DNA of 64,000 nucleotides from an uncultured Bacteroidales bacterium (GCA_964421595.1 CAYQXY010000008.1:2774-66773); one strand, 5' to 3'. Positions 9,060 through 19,613 are shown, counted from the stretch's first letter. Translations and numbers: made by a program. The notes: a model not told the origin generated them from the letters alone.

Positions 9060-10160
9060 ATGAAGTTGGGAATTATAAGTGTAGTTATTGGCAGCTTTAT
9101 CATGGTATTTATCCCATTTAATCTTTTTTCCGGGTCATTACAATCGGAAGGCGTTGATTACTGGTCAATGGAAGGAGTTTTAATTGAACACGAGTTTAAC
9201 GATTCGCTCGATCTGTTATCGGATCAGGTAATATTCGAATTACAGGATAAAAACGGACTTCCTGCATGGTTTGGGCGCTATATTTTCAAAGATGTATGTA
9301 TTCTGGGGCAGTGCCGGATGGTAAGCATATGGTTGTTTTGGGATGGTGCCGGAAACTATCTTGGTATTCAGCTTCTGGATGATGAACCTCTTACCAAATC
9401 TGATCATACAGAATTTGAGCCGGAAGATTATTCAAAGCTGGAATCAATTCTGAAAAACCCAAATTCAATTCTTAAGGATACAAAATCAGAAGATCTGACT
9501 TTGAAACCGGAATCGGATAATCCGTTTGAAGTGGACGGTTATTCAGGTGCCACTCAGCCTGCATTGGCTGATGTTGTTGTTAATGATGCCGTTTATTCCT
9601 GTCACACTTTGTGGCATACCGTTTACGGGCCAACTATGGATAAAATAATGGATATTCTGGAGGAACGGGTTGATGAAGATTACCTTAAGATGATGTTCGA
9701 AAGCGGTAAACCGGACTTTGTGATATGGGGAATAAGAAGTATTAAGCAATTCCCCCTATACCATGATTCATTTTATCATTTTATTGTGGAAGAAATAAAA
9801 TCAGACTATGATCGACTATATGAAGAGGCAATAGGTTATTTCGGGCCCGATAAAATGGAAGATCATACTGTTCAGATGGAGCTTGTGAGTTTAATTCCGG
9901 GATTGGCGACCCAGAAAAAATATGATATAATATGGAAGTTTATTGAAACGGACCTGGTATATGAAGAAGTTGTTGAAGCCTTACTGGAGTTTTTTCAAGA
10001 TAGTTATATCGGTGTTGGTGCGCTTAATCTAATTTATCGTGTTGTAAATAAAGAACATATAGAAAATAACCAGAATATAAACCGCATAATTCGGGATCTT
10101 GCAGAACATGAAAATGCTTATGTACGTAATCTAACCTTAAGACTCATAAACAGCAACTGA
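9060..10160 (+). CDS. Membrane-anchored hypothetical protein with an FMN-binding-like domain and a C-terminal helical-repeat region
   Basis: It has an N-terminal TM helix. The motif VDGYSGATQPAL (nt 9534-9554) fits the Dxx[ST]GA[ST] flavinylation motif of FMN_bind domains. The C-terminal half is helical and HEAT-like (ENAYVRNLTLRLI). Confidence 0.5.
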   Translation: MKLGIISVVIGSFIMVFIPFNLFSGSLQSEGVDYWSMEGVLIEHEFNDSLDLLSDQVIFELQDKNGLPAWFGRYIFKDVCILGQCRMVSIWLFWDGAGNYLGIQLLDDEPLTKSDHTEFEPEDYSKLESILKNPNSILKDTKSEDLTLKPESDNPFEVDGYSGATQPALADVVVNDAVYSCHTLWHTVYGPTMDKIMDILEERVDEDYLKMMFESGKPDFVIWGIRSIKQFPLYHDSFYHFIVEEIKSDYDRLYEEAIGYFGPDKMEDHTVQMELVSLIPGLATQKKYDIIWKFIETDLVYEEVVEALLEFFQDSYIGVGALNLIYRVVNKEHIENNQNINRIIRDLAEHENAYVRNLTLRLINSN

Positions 10161-10231
10161 ATATATGAAGTATTTTTTTACGATCTGTTTTTTGCCCTAC
10201 AATCAATAAAATCAACCAATTATAATAGTTA

Positions 10232-11668
10232 ATGATTACACTCATAATATGCACGATTGTTCTGATACTTGGTTATATTTTTTATTCCAGGTATGTTGTA
10301 AAGGTTTTCGGGGCTGATGCTAATCGCTCCACCCCGGCAAATACAATGACTGATGGTGTTGATTATTTGCCATTGCCATGGTGGAAGGTTTTTTTGATAC
10401 AGTTCCTCAACATTGCCGGCCTGGGGCCTATTTTCGGTGCAGTTGCTGGTGCTATGTGGGGTCCGGTTGCATATATCTGGATTGTGCTGGGCGCTGTTTT
10501 TGCTGGAGGGGTGCACGATTATTTCTCAGGGATGTTATCTGTCAAGCACAATGGGTTAAGCATAACCGAAATCGTCGGTATTTATATGGGCAGGCCTGTA
10601 ATGCAATTTATGCGGGGCTTCACGGTTTTACTTATGGTTATTGTCGGGGCAGTATTCATAATGGGACCCGCCAGGATACTGGCCGGTTTTACTCCCGACT
10701 TAAATTCCATGACCTTTTGGGTTTGGCTGATTTTTATTTACTATATAGTGGCTACAATGCTACCAATAAACAAAATCATTGGTCGCTTATATCCTGTTTT
10801 TGGATTTGCCCTTTTTTTTATGGCCATTGGATTGATCTCTGCGCTTTTGGTAAAGGGATACCATATGCCTGAATTAACCTTTGACTCTCTTCGTAACTTT
10901 CATTCAGAAGGAACCCGGTTCCCGATATTTCCCATGCTGTTTATCACCATTGCCTGCGGTGCAATATCAGGTTTCCATGCAACTCAATCCCCTTTAATGG
11001 CGCGTTGCCTGAACAATGAGAATCATGGCAGGAGAGTTTTCTACGGCGCCATGATTACAGAAGGAATCGTTGCACTTATCTGGGCCACTATCAGTATGAG
11101 TATTTTTGGTGGAGTAAATGAACTCAACGACATAATGTATGAACATCAGGGTAATGCTGCATGGGTGGTGAATGAAATATCAAATTCATTACTTGGCAGA
11201 TTCGGGGCTGTCCTTGCATTATTAGGGGTTGTTGCAGCACCAATAACTTCTGGAGACACTGCATTTCGAAGTGCTCGTTTGATAGTTGCTGATTTTTTGA
11301 AATTAAAACAAAAACCAATTTTCAACCGCCTGATAATTAGTATCCCATTATTTGGAATTGGTTATTTACTTACCCTGATAGACTTCAGTGTGGTCTGGAG
11401 GTATTTTGCATGGTCAAATCAGACACTTGCAACAGTAGTCTTGTGGACAATTACAGTATATCTGGTTAAAAACAAGAAGAATTTCTGGATAACATTACTG
11501 CCGGCTGTTTTCATGACTTCAGTTGTTTCTGTGTATATTCTTCTGGCTCCTGAGGGATTAAATTTATCAAAAGAACTATCCTACCCTATAGGTTTTTTAG
11601 TTACTCTGATATCGATAATCAGCTTTATGCTATTTTTTAATAAGGAAAGACAATTGGGCAGTAAATAA
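10232..11668 (+). CDS. cstA: Carbon starvation protein CstA-family transporter (short form)
   Basis: 478-aa polytopic protein. Its N-terminus is typical of CstA (ILGYIFYSRYV..VFG; PANTMTDGVDYLPLPWWKVFLIQFLNIAGLGPIFGAVAGAMWGP). Confidence 0.85.
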   Translation: MITLIICTIVLILGYIFYSRYVVKVFGADANRSTPANTMTDGVDYLPLPWWKVFLIQFLNIAGLGPIFGAVAGAMWGPVAYIWIVLGAVFAGGVHDYFSGMLSVKHNGLSITEIVGIYMGRPVMQFMRGFTVLLMVIVGAVFIMGPARILAGFTPDLNSMTFWVWLIFIYYIVATMLPINKIIGRLYPVFGFALFFMAIGLISALLVKGYHMPELTFDSLRNFHSEGTRFPIFPMLFITIACGAISGFHATQSPLMARCLNNENHGRRVFYGAMITEGIVALIWATISMSIFGGVNELNDIMYEHQGNAAWVVNEISNSLLGRFGAVLALLGVVAAPITSGDTAFRSARLIVADFLKLKQKPIFNRLIISIPLFGIGYLLTLIDFSVVWRYFAWSNQTLATVVLWTITVYLVKNKKNFWITLLPAVFMTSVVSVYILLAPEGLNLSKELSYPIGFLVTLISIISFMLFFNKERQLGSK

Positions 11669-11914
11669 ATGTTTTAGCTATACCTGTGATTTGATTTGCA
11701 GCTTTATGAAAACGATATAAAAACAGGTGAAAGCAGGGAAAAATTAATTTTGATAAATCTATTTATGTATAAAAAGTACCATCACAAGATCTATAGAAAT
11801 TAAGAAGCAGAGTTAAATTAGTATTCCGTAGGGCATACTATTAAATGAATAGAGTCGGTAATAATTTCTGTGCAAAATATTAAAATTGAATTTACAAATT
11901 AATTAGAAGTACTA

Positions 11915-14482
11915 ATGGGAACAAATATGAACAAGAAAACTCAGAACATCTCAAGACGAAATTTTTGCAAAAACACCTCATTATTAGTAGGTGGGGGAAT
12001 GCTTTTAAACACACTACCTTTATTTGGAAATGATAGTTTCATGGTTAGTGAGTTAATTAGGGCAAGGATTAGCGGACGATACCCTCATCTGACTATGTTC
12101 AATAATGGGAATGAATGTGGCATTGGTGCTGTTGTGCCGTGGGCGGATCGTTTATGGACTATTACTTATAGCCCGCATGATCCCAGGGGGAATAATCATG
12201 ACGGTCTTTATGAGATAACTCCTGATCTTGAGATTATCAAAAGAGAAGAATCGGTTGGTGGAACGCCTGCCGGCCGGATGATTCACCGGGAGTCGGAGCA
12301 GTTGTTTATTGGCCCTTATGCTATTGATAAGAACCGGAATGTACGTGTCATACCCTACGAAAGAATGCCGGGTCGGCATACTGCAATTGCGCGTCATCTG
12401 ACACAACCTGATACAAAAATCTACTACTTCACCATGGAGGAAGGGATGTATGAAGTGGATGTGAATTCGTTGGAAGTTACAACATTATATCTGGACTCGA
12501 ATGTAACTCCCGGAGGTAATGACGGAGGTCCGAGATTGCCAGGTTACCATGGCAAGGGTGCCTATTCAAGTCAGGGGTTGGTTGTAATTTCAAATAATGG
12601 CAGGATTGGAACAGGAGGAGTTGGCGGAGACGGATTAATAGATTTCAGACTACCCGGCGGGTGTCTGGCCTCATGGAATGGTGATTGGGGAGGAAAATTA
12701 TCGCCGAAAGGCTGGCAGGTAATCAACGACAATCAATTCACCGAAGTCACAGGCCCCGGAGGAATTCACGGTAATGAGACAACAGATGCACCGCTGTGGA
12801 GTATGGGCTGGGACCACAGGTCATTGATATTAAAGTTATTGGACAAAGGTGAGTGGAGTACATTCCGTTTGCCGAAAGCTGATTACAGCTATGAAGGATT
12901 GCATGGCTGGCATGTGGAATGGCCCCGTATTCGTCAGGTTGGCCCTAAAGGAGAGTATCTGATGAATCATCACGGGATGTGGTTTGATTTTCCGGGAAGG
13001 TTTTCCAAAGATTATCATCCGGCTCCGCGCCCCATAGCAAGTCATTTGAAAATAACCGGTGATTTTGCCAGGTGGCAGGATCAGGTAGTCTTTGGTTGTG
13101 ATGATAATGCCCGTAGCAGATTCGGTCTTGGAACACCATTAACAGATCAGTCTCATTCAAACCTTTGGTTTTCAAAGTGGGACAAGCTGAAGGATAATGG
13201 TCGTCCATATGGATGGGGAGGTCCCTGGGTACATGACAAGGTTCAAAAAGGTGTGGCATCTGAACCATTAGCATTTCCGGGTTATACTCACAGGCAGTTG
13301 CATTTAAGCAATATCAATAACCATTCAATTACCTTTAAAGTTGAAATAGACACCAGTGGCAGAGGATATTGGGAGGAGCTGGTAAATTTGACCGTACCGG
13401 CACATGGATATATCCATCATGAGTTTTCGGATGATATCAATGCTGAATGGATTCGCCTGACACCGGATGCAAGCGGGAATTATGTTACTGCTTATTTCCA
13501 TTTCGGGAAAGGCGGGGGAGTGCAGAATGATCCGTCTATGTTCGAAGCCCTGGCACCTGCCAGTCCCAATACACCACGAAGTGTAGGCGTGCTTTATACT
13601 GCCGGACAAGATAAAGGAATCCTGCAGTTTGCGGCCTGGACCGTCGATAATAATGGCAGGGCATCGGAGGCCGGGTATTATGAGATGGATCAGGATTTAA
13701 AGCTAATAAAGGCTGAGAATCCGGAATTGCACAGGGAGATAAAACAAAAAGCAGAAATTGATACTTCAGAATTTCGCGTTGATGAGGCGTCAGTAATTGT
13801 ATTGGATCATTGGGGAAACCGGTTTCGCCTGCCAAAGGGTGACCTGTCCTTTGATAATCCTACAGAATTTGGTATTCCCAGGCTAAGAAGGGAACTGGCC
13901 ACAGAGCGTGACATTTTTAATGTTCACGGCACATTATACTGTCTCCCGCGTTCGAATTCAGGGGATATTGCAAACATAAAACCCATTGCAACGCATAATA
14001 AAAGGTTTACAGATTTTTGTCCCTGGCGGGGTCTGGTGGTTATAGCCGGTTGCAGAAGTGATTTGCAGCAGGATAGTGAGCATTTTCGCGTTAGTGATGA
14101 TGGTAAAACAGGGTTGTGGCTTGGAGATTACGATGATCTCTGGAAACTCGGAAAACCAGTTGGAACAGGTGGCCCCTTAAAAAATACAGATGTTCATGCT
14201 AATATACCATCTGATCCATATCTAATGACAGGTTATGATAAGAAGAAAGTGCATATATCTCATAATTCCACCAGCCCTGTTGAATTCTCCATTGAAATAT
14301 GCGTAATAATGAACTTGATTGCTGTGAGTGATGAATTTGGTGTTTGGAATGGTTATAAAAAAATCAGCGTAAATCCAGGAGAGGAAACAGAATTTATTTT
14401 TCCGGAAGGATTTAGTGCTCATTGGGTAAGGCTGGTGGCTGACAAAGATTGTACTGCCACGGCTATATTTACTTATTCCTGA
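11915..14482 (+). CDS. Exported (TAT-signal) 855-aa protein of unknown family, a candidate novel carbohydrate-active enzyme
   Basis: It has a twin-arginine motif (NISRRNFCKNTSLLVGGGMLL). I recognise no known catalytic signature. It is embedded between PUL genes and has a decayed paralogue at 6843-6992. Confidence 0.6.
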   Translation: MGTNMNKKTQNISRRNFCKNTSLLVGGGMLLNTLPLFGNDSFMVSELIRARISGRYPHLTMFNNGNECGIGAVVPWADRLWTITYSPHDPRGNNHDGLYEITPDLEIIKREESVGGTPAGRMIHRESEQLFIGPYAIDKNRNVRVIPYERMPGRHTAIARHLTQPDTKIYYFTMEEGMYEVDVNSLEVTTLYLDSNVTPGGNDGGPRLPGYHGKGAYSSQGLVVISNNGRIGTGGVGGDGLIDFRLPGGCLASWNGDWGGKLSPKGWQVINDNQFTEVTGPGGIHGNETTDAPLWSMGWDHRSLILKLLDKGEWSTFRLPKADYSYEGLHGWHVEWPRIRQVGPKGEYLMNHHGMWFDFPGRFSKDYHPAPRPIASHLKITGDFARWQDQVVFGCDDNARSRFGLGTPLTDQSHSNLWFSKWDKLKDNGRPYGWGGPWVHDKVQKGVASEPLAFPGYTHRQLHLSNINNHSITFKVEIDTSGRGYWEELVNLTVPAHGYIHHEFSDDINAEWIRLTPDASGNYVTAYFHFGKGGGVQNDPSMFEALAPASPNTPRSVGVLYTAGQDKGILQFAAWTVDNNGRASEAGYYEMDQDLKLIKAENPELHREIKQKAEIDTSEFRVDEASVIVLDHWGNRFRLPKGDLSFDNPTEFGIPRLRRELATERDIFNVHGTLYCLPRSNSGDIANIKPIATHNKRFTDFCPWRGLVVIAGCRSDLQQDSEHFRVSDDGKTGLWLGDYDDLWKLGKPVGTGGPLKNTDVHANIPSDPYLMTGYDKKKVHISHNSTSPVEFSIEICVIMNLIAVSDEFGVWNGYKKISVNPGEETEFIFPEGFSAHWVRLVADKDCTATAIFTYS

Positions 14483-14656
14483 TTTATGTAAAAAGAATTT
14501 TTCAGATTCTAAACTAAAAAAAAACAGGATTTACTGAGAACACTGTGTTATTAATATAGAGCTTCCAATAAGAGAGGACTTTTTGTTTTGAACTGTCTAA
14601 AATAGGTTATGGTTTTGTAGATTAGTTTCAGGTTAGGTTGGGTTAGGTAGAAAGCC

Positions 14657-14712
14657 GAAAACACCCTGTATAAAGAAGGTATGGTAGTTCCTTTAGAAAA
14701 CAGGGTGTTTTC
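14657..14712 (+). terminator. Long stem-loop between the 855-aa gene and GH95, either a terminator or another structured element
   Basis: Perfect 13-bp stem, gaaaacaccctgt (14657-14669) with acagggtgttttc (14700-14712). The 30-nt loop can pair internally (gaagg/cctt). A T-run follows at about 14729-14737. Confidence 0.4.
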
Positions 14713-14874
14713 TATTTAAAATATTGTTTTTTTTTGGGTTCTCTGGTTCTGATAACTTCTACCCATACTCAGGACTCTTTTTAAGGTGAAAGGTGTTGAA
14801 GAGAAATGGCTGGTATTCCATATGATCGGAAGATTTGATAAAAGACAGACTAATTTTAATATAAAACTGCTATT

Positions 14875-17184
14875 ATGAAACTTTTTCAACTTTTTTTATT
14901 TGTGCTTTTCTTAACTGGTTGCAACAGACTGGAAGATAAAAATAATTCTTTCTGGAAACTTTGGTATGATAAGCCTGCATCTGAATGGACTGAAGCGCTG
15001 CCATTGGGAAACGGACGCATTGGTGCTATGGTTTTCGGCGGAACTGAAAAAGAACAAATACAGTTTAACGAGGAAACCCTGTGGACAGGTGAACCCCACA
15101 ACTATGCCAATGAAGGTGCATGGCAATATCTCGAACAAATCCGCAATCTCCTGAACCAGTGTAAGCAGCAGGAGGCTACTAATCTGGCGATGGAAAACTT
15201 TATGAGTATCCCGTTGAGACAAAAAGCCTACCAGCCCTTTGGCGACTTGTTGATAACCTTTCCTGGTCATAAGGGAGCTACCGGTTACTATCGTGAGTTG
15301 AATCTCTCTACGGCAAAAGTTAATGTTTCATATTTACTGGACGGTGTTAAGTTCAAACGTTCCTATTTTGTAAGTCAGCCTGACCAGGTTTTAGTTGCCG
15401 GTTTTTCGGCCGACAAAAAGAGCTCCCTTTCTTTTAATGTTGCACTTACTGCCGAACATAAGAATTATCAGACAGAAATTATAAACGGGAATGAACTTTC
15501 CCTGACTGTAAAGGTTGAAAACGGGGCCATGGAAGGTTATGCCTTGTTGAAAATTATTCAGGAGGACGGTGAAATTTCAGTGGAAAACAATAAAATTATA
15601 GTTAAAAATGCAACAAGTGCCCTGCTCACCCTTACTGCTGCCACCAATTTTGAAAACCCAAAAGAGTTAACTGCCGATCCACATCAAAAATGCCGTGAAA
15701 TAATAGATTTGATAAATTCAACTGACAGATATAATGAATTTGAAAAAAGGCACCTTGCCGAATACCAATCTTATTTCAACCGGTTTGATCTAAGCTTCGG
15801 TGGTGCAGAGAACGACACGATACCAACGGACCGGAGAATTATAAATAAGCTGAAAACATCCGATCCGCACCTGGCAGCACTTTATGTCCAGTTTGGCCGC
15901 TACCTTCTGATTGCCAGTAGCCGTCCAAACACATACCCCGCCAACCTCCAGGGCATATGGAATAAGGACCTTTCACCCTCATGGGACAGCAAATATACGG
16001 TGAACATCAACACACAAATGAATTACTGGCCTGCAGAGGTTCTTAATCTTCCTGAATTACATGATCCGCTGTTCACACTGATCGATGAAGTTGCTGCTTC
16101 GGGTGAGATTACCGCAAAAGAGCATTACAATTTACCCGGATGGGTATTGCATCACAACACTGATCAGTGGCGCGGTACAGCTCCCATAAATCACGCCAAC
16201 CATGGGATCTGGCCTACAGGTGGTGCCTGGCTGTGCCATCATATCTGGGAACATTACCTATATAACCTTGATACAGATTTTTTATTTGAAAAATATCCTG
16301 TCCTTCGAGATGCTGCCCTTTTCTTCAGAGATTTCCTTATTCTTGATGAAGAAACCGGATGGTTTATTAGTTCACCATCCAATTCACCCGAAACCGGTGG
16401 GTTAGTAGCTGGACCTACCATGGATCATTCTATTATCCGAAGCTTGTTTGAAATTGTGGTAAAAGCTTCTGAAATTTTACAGACAGACAAGGAGTTTGCC
16501 GGGCAATTGAATGAAATGATCCCACAGATTGCACCCTACCAGATAGGGAAATACGGACAATTACAGGAATGGTTGGAGGATAAAGACGATCCGCAAAACA
16601 AACACCGGCATGTTTCTCATTTGTGGGCGGTTCATCCCGGCAACGAGATTAATTGGAAAGAAACACCTGAATTGATGGAAGCCGCCAGGCAATCGCTGAT
16701 TTTTCGCGGCGATGAAGGTACAGGATGGAGCCTCGCGTGGAAGATTAACTTCTGGGCTAGGTTTAAAGACGGAAATCACGCATGGACAATGGTCAATACA
16801 TTGCTGCAGCCGGCCGAATATCCCGGGCGGGATATCCGAGGCGGTTCCTATCCTAACCTTTTCGATGCCCATCCGCCGTTTCAGATCGACGGAAATTTTG
16901 GTGGGGCAGCCGGTATAATGGAAATGTTGATGCACAGTCATCTGGACGGGATTGAGCTTCTACCGGCATTGCCTGATGAGCTTTCTTTGGGATGGGTGAA
17001 AGGAGTGCGGGCACGTGGTGGCTTTGAGCTTGAATTTTCCTGGGAAAACGGTGAACTTTTGCATGTAAATGTATTGTCACTGGCCGGCGAACCTTTGAAA
17101 ATCGTAAATGGAAATAACCTTTTGGAAATGAATACCCGGGAAGGACAACGACTGAAATTTGACGGGATGCTGCAACAGTTATAG
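14875..17184 (+). CDS. GH95 glycoside hydrolase (alpha-L-fucosidase / alpha-L-galactosidase type)
   Basis: It carries the GH95 N-terminal hallmark (WYDKPASEWTEALPLGNGRIGAMVFGG..EETLWTGEP). It is 769 aa with a lipoprotein-like start (FLTGCN). Confidence 0.88.
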   Translation: MKLFQLFLFVLFLTGCNRLEDKNNSFWKLWYDKPASEWTEALPLGNGRIGAMVFGGTEKEQIQFNEETLWTGEPHNYANEGAWQYLEQIRNLLNQCKQQEATNLAMENFMSIPLRQKAYQPFGDLLITFPGHKGATGYYRELNLSTAKVNVSYLLDGVKFKRSYFVSQPDQVLVAGFSADKKSSLSFNVALTAEHKNYQTEIINGNELSLTVKVENGAMEGYALLKIIQEDGEISVENNKIIVKNATSALLTLTAATNFENPKELTADPHQKCREIIDLINSTDRYNEFEKRHLAEYQSYFNRFDLSFGGAENDTIPTDRRIINKLKTSDPHLAALYVQFGRYLLIASSRPNTYPANLQGIWNKDLSPSWDSKYTVNINTQMNYWPAEVLNLPELHDPLFTLIDEVAASGEITAKEHYNLPGWVLHHNTDQWRGTAPINHANHGIWPTGGAWLCHHIWEHYLYNLDTDFLFEKYPVLRDAALFFRDFLILDEETGWFISSPSNSPETGGLVAGPTMDHSIIRSLFEIVVKASEILQTDKEFAGQLNEMIPQIAPYQIGKYGQLQEWLEDKDDPQNKHRHVSHLWAVHPGNEINWKETPELMEAARQSLIFRGDEGTGWSLAWKINFWARFKDGNHAWTMVNTLLQPAEYPGRDIRGGSYPNLFDAHPPFQIDGNFGGAAGIMEMLMHSHLDGIELLPALPDELSLGWVKGVRARGGFELEFSWENGELLHVNVLSLAGEPLKIVNGNNLLEMNTREGQRLKFDGMLQQL

Positions 17185-17268
17185 ATCGGATTGCGCATCT
17201 TCAGATTATAGCTGATTGTTATAAATTACCATTGTCATGTCAATCATGAATTCATAAAAAACAGTGCA

Positions 17269-19533
17269 ATGCAAAAGCTTTTATTGATTTTTGGATTAAT
17301 TATACTTGCCATTTCCGTTAGTGCACAAGTAATAACTGAAAGTAACGGTTTTATTACAGTGAAAACAGAGAACTATACTATTGTTATCGAAAAGGATGGA
17401 TTCCGGTATGAATTCAGGCAACCGGATGGAAAAGTTATAGCTTCTGCACACGAACAGTCTGGTATTCAGATCGGTTCAGACCCTGAAAATTTAAAAGATG
17501 TTATTTCAACGAGTTATACTGGCTATGAAAATCAAATCCTGAACTTTAAAGTCTATACCATTGAAGGCGTAGCTGCAGATGTAAAAATTGATGTGCATCC
17601 AGATTGGGCCAGATTTTCCGTTGAACCAGAAGGTAAAGAGAAGTATTCGATCATTGCCCGGACAGGTGGGATAACCCCTGCTTATGGTTTGGCTGATCAC
17701 TCAATTATTGATGTAAATTCTTCGGATGTTACTGGTTTTAAATCGGAAAATTTTACATCCCGGGGTGGGGATATACGTTTGATCAGCAATTTTGTCATCT
17801 TCCCCGACAGGGGATTTGCCAATATTAACATCGAGCCGCTTCCCAAGATAGTAAGAGTTACTGAAAAGGAGAATGTCCAGGGAGTGCGTGAAGGGACTGC
17901 CATGCCATCATTGTATTATTTTATCGGTTCACCATATACAATATATCAATCGCTCAGGGAAGTGAGAAATATCGAAGGTTACCCCTTAAAGAAACCAAAG
18001 TATCAGTTATTTGGTGTTGGCTGGGAAGCTTTTGGGGCGCTTGCCTGGAACACCAATGAGAAATCGGTACGTGAAAACATAAATCAATATCTTGAACTGG
18101 ACTTTCCATTACAGTGGATGGTTATCGGTTCGGGATTCTGGCCTGGTTTGAAAGATGAGTTTGATGAAGAAGGATTTCGACACGGGGGCCAAAGAACAGG
18201 AGATAAAACCTTAAGTGAAACAGAAGTTTTGCAGGCAACTACAAGTTTTGGAATGTGGGATAAAGATAAATACCCGGATCCGGAGGGAATGATCGCTCAC
18301 TTTAAAGATCATGGTTTGACAATATTATTGGGACTGCGGATTGGATTTATTCCCGGAGGTCCATTTACAGGTAAAGGACTGGAAAACAATTTTTTTATAA
18401 AAGATGATAAAGGAAAGGCAAAACTGTTTGACGTTAGTTTTCCGGTGCCTCCGGTTTATTTGCTGGATGCCAAAAATCAGGCAGCAACTGACTGGTATGT
18501 GGAACTTAGTCAAAAATGGTTAGACTTTGGTATTGACGGTTTTAAGGAGGACCTTTTTGGGTATCCGGGCTCTTTACCCAATGATTTTATTGACCCGGTA
18601 AACAGGACCTTCATGGAACGTGGAGTCTATATAATGGGCCGCAACATGTATTTCGGTTCACCCGCCGATATCCATCGTTTTAATGACTTTAATTACAATC
18701 AGTTGCAGGATCGTGGCCCAATCAATGGTTTGGCTTATGCCTATTCTGGTTTCCCGTATGTATACCCTGATATTTCCGGGGGAACCGGATTGGCTACCGG
18801 ACGTTTTGGAGATGAACCGCAAGACCGGCTTGCAGTTTACCTGATGCGATATGCCGAATATGCGGCTTTGCATCCCGCCATGTCTTTTGGTTATGGTCCC
18901 TGGAATTTTGGCGATGAAGTTGTTCAGGTAACCCGTAATGCTGCCATGCTCCATGACAGGCTGCAACCTTATACCTACAGCTACGCAATCAAGGCCTACG
19001 AAACCGGTTTCCCCTATCCTATGACCCCGCTCCCGCTCGTTTATCCGGACGATCCGGGGGTTTACGGTCTGGCTGATACGACTCGTCGCAGCTATCAGTG
19101 GCTGATCGGGGAATCCCTTCTGGCAACTCCGCTGTATGGAGATGACTATGATACGGCAACCAGCCGGGATGTTTACCTGCCTGAGGGCACATGGATGGAA
19201 TATGAAAGTGGTGAAATACATCAGGGACCAGCTACATTGCTGAATTATCCGCTTCCAATAGGCAAAACTCCATTATTTGTGGGAGGCATCGGTATTGTCG
19301 TGGAGAAAATTAACGGAGAGCTGAAAGGGCGGCTTTATCCGGTTACCGACAATGCCACGATGGTTTTTTATGATAAGGATGGAGAAACTACGAGTACGAT
19401 CACCCTTGCTGATCCGGACTGGGATAATCCGACAGTGGTAAACCAAAGCACGGGAGTACAGGTAAGTGGAACCTGGAACCGGCATGCTTATGAATTTGTG
19501 TTTACTCCCGGAAATAATTACAGAGTTGAATAA
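17269..19533 (+). CDS. GH31-like glycoside hydrolase (divergent subfamily), copy A
   Basis: Signal peptide present. GH31-like blocks include GIDGFKEDLFG, YPDISGG, LRYAEYAALHPAMSF, LQPYTYSYAIKAYETGFPYPMTPL, SRDVYLPEGTWMEYESGE and PLFVGGIGIV. Confidence 0.7.
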   Translation: MQKLLLIFGLIILAISVSAQVITESNGFITVKTENYTIVIEKDGFRYEFRQPDGKVIASAHEQSGIQIGSDPENLKDVISTSYTGYENQILNFKVYTIEGVAADVKIDVHPDWARFSVEPEGKEKYSIIARTGGITPAYGLADHSIIDVNSSDVTGFKSENFTSRGGDIRLISNFVIFPDRGFANINIEPLPKIVRVTEKENVQGVREGTAMPSLYYFIGSPYTIYQSLREVRNIEGYPLKKPKYQLFGVGWEAFGALAWNTNEKSVRENINQYLELDFPLQWMVIGSGFWPGLKDEFDEEGFRHGGQRTGDKTLSETEVLQATTSFGMWDKDKYPDPEGMIAHFKDHGLTILLGLRIGFIPGGPFTGKGLENNFFIKDDKGKAKLFDVSFPVPPVYLLDAKNQAATDWYVELSQKWLDFGIDGFKEDLFGYPGSLPNDFIDPVNRTFMERGVYIMGRNMYFGSPADIHRFNDFNYNQLQDRGPINGLAYAYSGFPYVYPDISGGTGLATGRFGDEPQDRLAVYLMRYAEYAALHPAMSFGYGPWNFGDEVVQVTRNAAMLHDRLQPYTYSYAIKAYETGFPYPMTPLPLVYPDDPGVYGLADTTRRSYQWLIGESLLATPLYGDDYDTATSRDVYLPEGTWMEYESGEIHQGPATLLNYPLPIGKTPLFVGGIGIVVEKINGELKGRLYPVTDNATMVFYDKDGETTSTITLADPDWDNPTVVNQSTGVQVSGTWNRHAYEFVFTPGNNYRVE

Positions 19534-19613
19534 ATGTATGGATTGAAAAACAAAACATTCAAATCACGAATTAGTAACACATTGCTAAACAAACGACTAA
19601 CTATACTTAACGA

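Noticed and set aside
14618-14650. Short run of GGTTAGG-like units (gtttcaggttaggttgggttaggtag).
   Set aside because: There are only 2-3 imperfect copies within an intergenic spacer, with no symmetry or recurrence elsewhere in the window. It is probably chance.
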